IMG/VR virus record: IMGVR_UViG_3300032006_001851
Origin: an uncultured virus (IMG/VR IMGVR_UViG_3300032006_001851)
Taxonomy: Duplodnaviria > Heunggongvirae > Uroviricota > Caudoviricetes
DNA length: 64,000 bases
Reading direction: 5' to 3' (one strand)
How positions within the stretch are numbered: position 1 is the first letter of the stretch; the number at the start of each line of letters is the position of its first letter. The position numbers and the translations under genes are program-made. Below, in pieces: positions 56,862 to 64,000 of this stretch. The notes beneath the pieces were generated by a model. It had not been told where the DNA came from, searched no databases, and saw only the letters and a program-made list of their open reading frames with translations.

Positions 56862-58034
56862 TCACCATCCCCCTTTTATGGATTCAATTATGTATTCCCT
56901 ATCCTCTTGAGCAACCCACCATCCCGCTGGAATGCATATCATTTTTTGAACCGTGTCTTCTAGATTCGGAAGCGTGGCAGAGAATTCTTTTACACAAGAA
57001 TGTTTATCATTTCTTTCATGAACCCTACTTACAGCTACTCCTCTAGTTTCCATCATTCGCATAAAGTCGTCCCGGTTCTCCACCTTTATAGTATAAAGCC
57101 AGTAAGAAGACTTTCTATCCGGCTTTGCTTCAAGAAGCGTAACTCCAGAAACACCGCTAAGATTTTCGTTGTAGTACTTAGCGTTTTCTATATTCTTAGT
57201 GATGACTTCTTTATCCACTTCTTTTAGATTCTCAATTCCTATTGAAGCATTTACGTCATTCATATGAAACTTAAATCCCCACTCGGTGATGTCCTCCTCG
57301 CACCTGAAATCCCTTCTGGGAGAATCCCTGTCTATCCCATACCATCGGATAAGTTTTCCACGAGATAGTAGCTTTTCGTATGGTACACACAACGCGCCTC
57401 CGTCTACCGACGTAAGATGTTTTATAGCCTGAAAGCTGTAGAATCCTATGTTCCTTGTGCCCACGGAGGCGTTCTTGTAGGTGGAGCCAAAAGAGTGAGC
57501 ACAGTCTTCTATGACCATGGGTCTAAATCCTATCCTTCTCTTCGCCTCTCCACAAATCTTAGACAGCTTATCTAGATCGACAGGATACCCACCCCAATGC
57601 ACAACGATAATAGCTTTTGTCTTCTCTGTGATTTTTTTTGACAGGTCTTCTAGATCCATATTAAGGTTATCTGGATCAATATCCACCCACTTTATCTTTA
57701 ATCCGTTAGCGAGCACCGGCCAATTGGTGGCGGTACAGGTAAGAGGAGTACACAAAACCTCATCTCCATCCTTCAACCCCGGCCAATCATCTTCTGTCAT
57801 CACAGGATATTCTTTCCACTGCAAGAGGTCTGGTTTTTTCAGGAGGTGTAGAGCCAGATGGGCAGCGGAAGTTCCGCTGTTTGTGGTTAGAAGATGCTCA
57901 TGATTAAGCCTTTTGCTAAGAAGCTTTTCAAATTGATCTACTTTAAGCCCCTGTCCGATATATCCGCTTTCAAGCACCCCAGACGCTGCGCGAGAAGCTT
58001 TATCAGACATGTATACTTTAAATAATGGAATCAT
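56862..58034 (-). CDS. DegT/DnrJ/EryC1/StrS-family PLP sugar aminotransferase
   Basis: NSGTSA.HLAL, VHWGG, IEDCAHSFG, SFQAIKHLTSVDGG. Confidence 0.92.
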   Translation of the reverse strand: MIPLFKVYMSDKASRAASGVLESGYIGQGLKVDQFEKLLSKRLNHEHLLTTNSGTSAAHLALHLLKKPDLLQWKEYPVMTEDDWPGLKDGDEVLCTPLTCTATNWPVLANGLKIKWVDIDPDNLNMDLEDLSKKITEKTKAIIVVHWGGYPVDLDKLSKICGEAKRRIGFRPMVIEDCAHSFGSTYKNASVGTRNIGFYSFQAIKHLTSVDGGALCVPYEKLLSRGKLIRWYGIDRDSPRRDFRCEEDITEWGFKFHMNDVNASIGIENLKEVDKEVITKNIENAKYYNENLSGVSGVTLLEAKPDRKSSYWLYTIKVENRDDFMRMMETRGVAVSRVHERNDKHSCVKEFSATLPNLEDTVQKMICIPAGWWVAQEDREYIIESIKGGW

Positions 58035-58926
58035 AACTTCTAATCTCTCTTATCTTGTTTGGTATGAAGTCCAAAGCCCACTCCATTAGCTCTTTTTTCT
58101 TCGGCCTTTTAACCGCCCTGTGAGGTTTGGATCTGGAATGCATGCTAAATAATTTACCATTCCAAAAGTATATATCTATGTGCCGTTTAAGACCCACCTT
58201 AATTCCATATTTGCTCTGAATAGTTTCCTTGCTCTTTTTACAATGGGCGTTGTCTGGATGATCATCCTTGCTTCTTTTATGTGGCTGTCTAGGCCATCCA
58301 CCACCACCCGCATTAGAGTACAGGACTATGTCGTGCTTATGTTTTGGGTCCGAGTAATATTTTTCGTACACTCTCCACGAAGTGTCCTTGTCTAATTTTA
58401 CATCGTCGCATTTTGGCCTGAAGTCTAAATCTTTTAGGTCTACTTTTTCTGTGTCGATAAGCATAAAAAATACTGTTGGAAAATCATAAAACCTTTTGCT
58501 GTACCATAGGGGGTATGATGCTCCGAAAAAGGACAGATCTTCTTCTACTGCGTAGTGTAGAACGGTATTAAGGTTGGGCGCGAAGAAAAAGTCTGGATCA
58601 AGAATTAGAGCAAACCTAGTGTCTACATATTTTACAGACTCGTTCAGTGTCATCCCGTGATGATAGCTAGTTTTTCCCACTTTAGAAATATCATATGCTA
58701 CTTGGGATTCTAATTCATTACTGGCGACCACCTCATCAAGCGTCAGATCGAAATCTATAGTTCTAACGTTCTTTTTCTTCAGACGCCTCTTATCTTCAGG
58801 ATAATTATGCATCACCAGCCAGTTGACTTCGCTATTCAGTTCGTTTACAAGGTCGTAATTCTTCTCCAACAAATCATATGACATAAACTGGGATGTGCAT
58901 ATTGTTATATCTGATGCGTCTACCAC
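58018..58926 (-). CDS. GT-A fold glycosyltransferase
   Basis: HG..LN......TRFALILDPDFF (DxD). GTG start at 58926 with a gggag SD is likely. Confidence 0.7.
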   Translation of the reverse strand: MVDASDITICTSQFMSYDLLEKNYDLVNELNSEVNWLVMHNYPEDKRRLKKKNVRTIDFDLTLDEVVASNELESQVAYDISKVGKTSYHHGMTLNESVKYVDTRFALILDPDFFFAPNLNTVLHYAVEEDLSFFGASYPLWYSKRFYDFPTVFFMLIDTEKVDLKDLDFRPKCDDVKLDKDTSWRVYEKYYSDPKHKHDIVLYSNAGGGGWPRQPHKRSKDDHPDNAHCKKSKETIQSKYGIKVGLKRHIDIYFWNGKLFSMHSRSKPHRAVKRPKKKELMEWALDFIPNKIREIRSYDSII

Positions 58927-59711
58927 TTGTAGTACTCCCTGTCGTATTTGTGATAATTTTTTATCTCGTCCCAAGCCATGCCACTACGCATCTCTTCAAG
59001 CGTCCATTGTCTGTTGGCTAGATTTTTTAAAAAGCCTCTACTCTTTGGAGGATTTTCTATTTCTTCAAGGGAACCTATTCTTCTGTCTGGGTGTGTCACT
59101 ATTACAGGCACACCGTGTATAACGGCGTCTACAGCCGCGTTTGAATGATCTGTCACCAGTGCCCAAGCTCCGGGTAGGCAGTCTCTCAACTTAACACCGT
59201 CCTTGGTTGATACAATTATTTTCCTCTTTGTGTATTTTGACAACTCCCGCTGAGTTTTTTCAAGCCACCACACACGATTTAAAAACGGACCCATATATCT
59301 TGATGGAGGAACCACAATTATATGGCTTCCATCTTTTCTCCAAGGCTTTAGCTCTATTTTAAAACTATTAAATCTATCCCAAGTATAATCACCCTCGCCG
59401 CTGCTCCACAAGGTGTTGTGTCCAACACGGTAATATCCATCACAGTCTGGTGGGTGCTTTGTTCTATGAAAATATCCATGATCTATGTACCAAAACTCTT
59501 CTGCCTTTTTTACACATTCCCCGCTACCTCGAAGTATTCCGGCAGTTGCTATTGATTTTTTGTAGGGGTAATTAAAATTCTCCTCGGATAGGTATTCTTC
59601 AGTCGTAACCAAGTGTCCACCACAGCCAAAGCCAAAGGACGTGGTTATTGTCACATCTTTAGGGTTTCCTGTAATTATTATATTGGGCGGGGGAAGCTCA
59701 TGACTTGTCAT
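58920..59711 (-). CDS. GT-B glycosyltransferase-like, KpsS/KpsC-like, paralog 2
   Basis: YIDHGYF, DRF......KPWR..G.HI, HSNAAVDA...GVPV, LA..QWTLEE..SG.AW. Confidence 0.6.
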   Translation of the reverse strand: MTSHELPPPNIIITGNPKDVTITTSFGFGCGGHLVTTEEYLSEENFNYPYKKSIATAGILRGSGECVKKAEEFWYIDHGYFHRTKHPPDCDGYYRVGHNTLWSSGEGDYTWDRFNSFKIELKPWRKDGSHIIVVPPSRYMGPFLNRVWWLEKTQRELSKYTKRKIIVSTKDGVKLRDCLPGAWALVTDHSNAAVDAVIHGVPVIVTHPDRRIGSLEEIENPPKSRGFLKNLANRQWTLEEMRSGMAWDEIKNYHKYDREYYKW

Positions 59712-60630
59712 GCTGCCTCCTTAAGTGTCTCCAAGGCAATCCTTCCCTGATTTCCTCCAGATTCCATTGAGCATACGCTAGGTCATAAGCCCATTGAGTC
59801 CTGTCTGGCATCAGTGGATTTTCTATATTAGAGATGTCGTGTTCTGCCACCTCATATGCGGCAGAGATTTTGTCAGCAGTTATGACTGGAATTCCATACA
59901 ATATGGAATCAACAGCAGCGTTTGTTGTAATAGCTACAGAGCACCAAGCATTTTTTAGGTCATTGAAAATGGAGTTGTCATTGCTCATCTGGGATGCGAA
60001 GACGTTTTTCATTTCTGAATTTTTAAAAACGAGATCATACTCGCTTCTTTTATGCTTGTGCATTCTGAACACGATTGGTCTATCGGTATATTTTCTTATG
60101 TCAAATATAAGATCAGAAAACGCTGTAAATTTATTTCCAGAAAAATGATTCATTCCAAATCCGGTTTCGTTTTGCCCAAGAACTAGTACGTGCTCCCCAC
60201 TATTTCTCCACTCCCCCATCTCTAAGTTTAAATCTTCCCACCTGTCCGAAGGGGAGTTTTTGTTACAGTAATCAGCGGCTCCCTTTATGTGGTCGTATCC
60301 TACAGAGTGATACGCATCCTCCCATCTGTCTTCGAAATCCATCACTCTGACAGAATTAAAGAAGGCCGCATCCATTATAATTCTGCGATGTCCAATTTCG
60401 TTGGCAACCTCTCTAAGGATGTTCCTAGCGTTCCCGCCTTCACACAACTGAACCGTAACGTCTGTTCCGCGAGCAGTAGATTTAACAGCGTCAGGAAAAT
60501 CGTCCAGTGCATCATCAGGTTGTGCCCATATGGCACAGTCTCCAGAATTTAAAATCCCTTCGTAAAATGCCCAGCTAACCTGTGTTCCTCTTGGGGTTGG
60601 CTTTGTGTTAAAAACTCCAGCATATATCAT
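59698..60630 (-). CDS. GT-B glycosyltransferase-like, KpsS/KpsC-like, paralog 1
   Basis: DRW......WR..G.HVL..GQ, FRMH, TTNAAVDS...GIPV, W..DLAYAQW..EE...G.PW. Start at 60630 (TAATG overlap). Confidence 0.6.
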   Translation of the reverse strand: MIYAGVFNTKPTPRGTQVSWAFYEGILNSGDCAIWAQPDDALDDFPDAVKSTARGTDVTVQLCEGGNARNILREVANEIGHRRIIMDAAFFNSVRVMDFEDRWEDAYHSVGYDHIKGAADYCNKNSPSDRWEDLNLEMGEWRNSGEHVLVLGQNETGFGMNHFSGNKFTAFSDLIFDIRKYTDRPIVFRMHKHKRSEYDLVFKNSEMKNVFASQMSNDNSIFNDLKNAWCSVAITTNAAVDSILYGIPVITADKISAAYEVAEHDISNIENPLMPDRTQWAYDLAYAQWNLEEIREGLPWRHLRRQHDKS

Positions 60631-61445
60631 TATATTCCGTATCTCCTCCAATGATCACCCTTATAGTGATCAAAATATTTATGAAATACGCTTTCATCCA
60701 TAACATTCATGCCCTTTCGCCCATGAATAACTAAGTCCCTAGAAGGAACATCAACCTCGTCAAAAACTTTTTCGAAAATGTATCCATCGTTTCTTCTTTC
60801 ATAGTCACGAAAACTACCATCCTCAAATTTACTGATTACAGTTTCTATAAATTTATAACCACCATTAGTCTTTGAAAAAGCCATGAATCCTGACTCTACG
60901 CCGCTCTTCACTTTCCTCCTGTGAGGACCAAGAAAATAAAAAGCTCCGTGATGCCCTAGAACCTCCAGCAGAAAGTCATTTGTTAATCTATCTTTAAAGA
61001 TGATGTCGCAATCACACCATACAAATATATCGTAATCATCTTTGTGCCTATCCAAGGCGGCTTTAAGAGCTACTATTTTTCTGAACCAGTGTGATACTCT
61101 GGAGTGGTAAGTGCCATTTAAACATCCATCAACATGGCCACGCCAGTTGTCGTTTGGGTTGGGACATCCGTCACATAGCGGGGCTTTCCCGCCATACTTT
61201 TGAGGAATTATATCCTCGTTTTCTTTCAGCCACTTTAGCAGGAAGGGGTCGTCATCCATCTTGTGTAGGATTCTATTTTTAATCCTTTGGTTATTTTCAT
61301 CAAACTCTGGAAAGTTTATAACGTCCTCATAAGCAATGAACAGATCCCCTTCCACGTTCCTTTTATTGAAACTATGAATTAGTTTAGACCCAGTTGCCAC
61401 GAATAGTGGCCCGTTGAAAGAGGTAACGTAGAGGACTCTATTCAT
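60630..61445 (-). CDS. GT-A fold nucleotide-diphospho-sugar transferase
   Basis: YVTSF, KI.A, VWCDCDI (DxD), ESGF, D..IF, HYKG. Confidence 0.7.
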   Translation of the reverse strand: MNRVLYVTSFNGPLFVATGSKLIHSFNKRNVEGDLFIAYEDVINFPEFDENNQRIKNRILHKMDDDPFLLKWLKENEDIIPQKYGGKAPLCDGCPNPNDNWRGHVDGCLNGTYHSRVSHWFRKIVALKAALDRHKDDYDIFVWCDCDIIFKDRLTNDFLLEVLGHHGAFYFLGPHRRKVKSGVESGFMAFSKTNGGYKFIETVISKFEDGSFRDYERRNDGYIFEKVFDEVDVPSRDLVIHGRKGMNVMDESVFHKYFDHYKGDHWRRYGI

Positions 61446-62115
61446 TTTTGGACTCTGCTATAGATTCGTTCCATAAATCAGCATAATCCACATCCTGACA
61501 CTCCTCAAACCATGGCCCACCGTTTGTATAGTGAATCACGGCAGGTGGGTTTTCAGGCTTATCATATTCTCCCTCAAGCCAGTTCCACTCCAGTGGCAAT
61601 TCGCCTATTTCTCTGTCGTCAAGCCACTGAAATCGATGAAGGAATGCTCCAGAAACATATTCAGAGTTGACAATTTGCGGGGTAAGTATTTGATTTGATT
61701 CGTGACCACAGTTCCACAAGATACAACTAGACCAGTTCTTTCTTGGGTAAGCCACTTGCTTCTGCCCATCCATTTTTACAGAATCTTTTGGAACATAGTC
61801 ATGTTTTACACACATTAATGCATACTGGTCGTCACGCATGTTATATAGCTCTGCAACATCTTTTGTGAAAAGAAAATCGCAATCAATGAACAGGGACCAC
61901 CCCGAGTAATCAGAAAGGTGTGGGGTTAGGAATCTGGTGAAGGCAAACTCAGTAGATACGGCAGTCTCTTCCCTTGTATAAAGACCACGAATGCGCAACT
62001 GCTTCTGTTTTAACGGAACGATATCTAGAGGCATGGAGGAATGTTTTAGTAGGGTGTGAACACACACCTCGTAGGCATCATTTTCTCTGGAATCCCATCC
62101 TATGAACACTCTCAT
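61438..62115 (-). CDS. GT-A glycosyltransferase (GT8-related, plant CDI-like)
   Basis: FIGWDSRE, STEF.FTRFL.P, FIDCDFL, YPRKNWSS, LHRFQWL, WNWL, HYTNGGPWF. Confidence 0.85.
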   Translation of the reverse strand: MRVFIGWDSRENDAYEVCVHTLLKHSSMPLDIVPLKQKQLRIRGLYTREETAVSTEFAFTRFLTPHLSDYSGWSLFIDCDFLFTKDVAELYNMRDDQYALMCVKHDYVPKDSVKMDGQKQVAYPRKNWSSCILWNCGHESNQILTPQIVNSEYVSGAFLHRFQWLDDREIGELPLEWNWLEGEYDKPENPPAVIHYTNGGPWFEECQDVDYADLWNESIAESKNE

Positions 62116-62789
62116 ATTTTTTCTCCCGTGTATCTTTTATAGTCTTCCTCTGTGTCAATACCGATAGTTGACTCCGGTATGTTCTTGACAAGGATCTTGT
62201 ATCCATTTTCCATCCATTTTATTTGCTCAAGACTCTCCTCTATTGAGGCTTCGCTATCTTCCATAAATGGAAAATCCTGTATAAATTTCTTGCTAAATAT
62301 ATAAATTCCCATGTGTTTGTAACCTATAGATGTCTCCCTCGTAAACCGAACCGCCTCCATCCTTCCATTAACGCGAACCTTAACGGTATTGGGATCATAC
62401 AATTCGTCGGCGGTTGGCTTGGTGCAGAATGTTCCTATATCATATCCATCCATTTCTTCTAGGAGTTCTAGGACTCTTTCTGGAGGAAATTCTGGTTCAT
62501 CACCCTGCCAGTTTACAACGTAGTCATATCTAATAAATGATGGCTGGTAAAGAGCGTCAACGATTCTTTCTGTTCCGCTCTCACAGGCTTCGGTAAAAAT
62601 GGGAATGCAGAAGGGGTCCACTAAATTAAAAATTTTCATGCTGTCGGTTGCAACAACAACAGGAAGTCCAGTTTTTTCAGCTTGAAGAATGGTATGCCAA
62701 ATTAATGGATGGCCATTTTTCTTCAGTAGCATCTTGTTTGGAAGTCTTGTGGACTCTAATCTAGCTGGAATGGCTATAATTGCACTCAT
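62112..62789 (-). CDS. kdsB: 3-deoxy-manno-octulosonate cytidylyltransferase (CMP-Kdo synthetase)-like
   Basis: IPARL.STRLP.K.L, VATD, SGTERI, N.QGDEP, PN.VKV, H.GIY, LEQ...ENG, GIDT.ED. Confidence 0.85.
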   Translation of the reverse strand: MSAIIAIPARLESTRLPNKMLLKKNGHPLIWHTILQAEKTGLPVVVATDSMKIFNLVDPFCIPIFTEACESGTERIVDALYQPSFIRYDYVVNWQGDEPEFPPERVLELLEEMDGYDIGTFCTKPTADELYDPNTVKVRVNGRMEAVRFTRETSIGYKHMGIYIFSKKFIQDFPFMEDSEASIEESLEQIKWMENGYKILVKNIPESTIGIDTEEDYKRYTGEKI

Positions 62790-63999
62790 TGACAAATACC
62801 TTAAGGTCTTCTGGTGTTCCCAGTCCCCACATCTTTTCTACATGGAAAGTCTTTATCTTCTTTTCATCTTCGATAGCTTCGTTGTACACAGGACATACAT
62901 AGAATTCTCCATTGACACGATTGTCTTTTTTAATCATCTGTTCTGCAAATTTAACGTAATCACTTCCCTTGGACCAGTAGTATATTCCTACGGTGGCGTT
63001 GTTGGAAATCGGCTTCTTTTCAGCAACCTCCGTAACAAAACCGTCTTCATCAGTTTTAGCAAAGCTCCACTTGGGATGGACGGAATTGAAAGTTAGTATC
63101 CCACCATCAACTTCGTCTGCCTGCATTGAATACAAGAATTCGTTACTGTCCCATTCTACAAATTGATCTGAATTAGCAGTTAATAAAGGCTGGTCATTGT
63201 CTATAAATTCTTTCGCTAGGAGCGTTGTACACGCTGCCCCCTCGGTAATTCCCTCCACCGGAATAATCACATTGTTTGGAGATATAAGATTAAGTAGGTA
63301 CTGTAGGTTATACTTTTCATAGTGTTCTTTTTGCACTATGAATATGTGTTGCGCATCTATGTTTAGATTTTCCACCACCAATTGAATCATCGGCTTTCCA
63401 TTTACCTCAATGAGAGGCTTTGGAAAAGTGTACCCAGCTTTTTCGAAACGCGATCCGGCTCCAGCCATTGGGATTAGAACTTTCATCTCCCCTCCTTGCC
63501 ATTTAGGCTTAAATAGTTTCTTTTGATTTTGCTTGTCTGCTTTCTCAATTTCTCTCAGTATATTCCCATATGTCACATCTGGCAATCCAGACACACCCAT
63601 GACATGACCGCCAGATTCATGAGCAGCCTTTCGTCCAATGTGCGAATCCTCCACAATGAGACATTCTTTTGGGTTAACATGCGCGTCTACCATACATGTG
63701 AGATAGATCTCTGAGTGAGGCTTTGGATAAAGAACATCTTCATTTGAAAACCATTTATCTACAAGGTCAATATATCCAGCGCAAGACAGCATGAGATCCA
63801 TGCTAGATTTTATTGAGTTTGAGGCACAGTATATCTTGTATCCGTTGTCTTTTAGTCTTAATATTGCATCTGCTATTTCAACGTGATCCTCTGGCCACAC
63901 CATATCCTCTATAACTTCAGATGTACACTGTTGTTTCATTCTCCAGATTTTATCATGGTACTCTTCCGGTAAACCTTTTTCCTCAGTTAGTTTTATTAA
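62761..63999 (-). CDS. HAD phosphatase fused to sugar-phosphate nucleotidyltransferase, 5'-truncated
   Basis: The frame stays open to the window end (LIKLTEEKGLPEEYHDKIWRMKQ...). HAD motifs ASNS, KP.SE.Y, VEDS..G..AA are followed by IPMAGAGSRF...PKPLI, NSDQ, EKKPIS, LGTPEDL. Confidence 0.85.
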   Translation of the reverse strand, partial: LIKLTEEKGLPEEYHDKIWRMKQQCTSEVIEDMVWPEDHVEIADAILRLKDNGYKIYCASNSIKSSMDLMLSCAGYIDLVDKWFSNEDVLYPKPHSEIYLTCMVDAHVNPKECLIVEDSHIGRKAAHESGGHVMGVSGLPDVTYGNILREIEKADKQNQKKLFKPKWQGGEMKVLIPMAGAGSRFEKAGYTFPKPLIEVNGKPMIQLVVENLNIDAQHIFIVQKEHYEKYNLQYLLNLISPNNVIIPVEGITEGAACTTLLAKEFIDNDQPLLTANSDQFVEWDSNEFLYSMQADEVDGGILTFNSVHPKWSFAKTDEDGFVTEVAEKKPISNNATVGIYYWSKGSDYVKFAEQMIKKDNRVNGEFYVCPVYNEAIEDEKKIKTFHVEKMWGLGTPEDLKVFVNECNYSHSS

Positions 64000-64000
64000 C

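Noticed and set aside
49039..64000. Bacterial O-antigen/capsule locus or chimeric assembly
   Set aside because: No wzx/wzy/kpsMT or initiating transferase is visible. The genes are compact and chained by overlaps to phage-type genes. Read mapping would be needed to fully exclude a chimera.
1..64000. Stop-codon reassignment, tRNA/rRNA genes, contractile sheath, integrase or transposase
   Set aside because: Genes are intact under the standard code with TAA, TAG and TGA all used as stops, and I saw no motif for the others.

Overview
64 kb of a large tailed dsDNA phage genome, probably a large siphovirus. Coding is dense, uses the standard genetic code, and forms two convergent blocks. Plus strand, 1-46900: a virion morphogenesis block with fibre/appendage genes, putative neck and tail-completion genes, a major tail tube, three chaperone-region genes, a 4901-aa tape-measure-type protein, and large tail-tip proteins ending in a 2689-aa Cys-rich protein with a matrixin-like domain. 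No sheath gene is visible. Minus strand, 47008-64000: a tightly coupled operon, mostly sugar-nucleotide and glycan enzymes. These are a KdsB-like CMP-ulosonate synthetase, about 7 glycosyltransferase-like genes (three of them paralogs), a DegT-family aminotransferase, an N-formyltransferase, two extended SDRs, a methyltransferase, a 2OG-Fe(II) oxygenase, a cupin, a WavE-like protein and a HAD-nucleotidyltransferase fusion. The operon ends with an endonuclease, a putative SSAP and a Zn-ribbon gene. There are two leading candidate systems. (1) Phage-encoded virion O-glycosylation: exposed virion proteins are enriched in Ser-Gly, the luminal tape measure is depleted in it, and the glycan operon has no visible export machinery. 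(2) A Cys-free tape-measure polyprotein in which recurring GG motifs separate cargo modules (nuclease-like, zinc-peptidase-like, Pro/Arg-rich), with one module recently duplicated exactly at the motif. All calls come from reading motifs by eye. No database search was run, and counts are hand counts.
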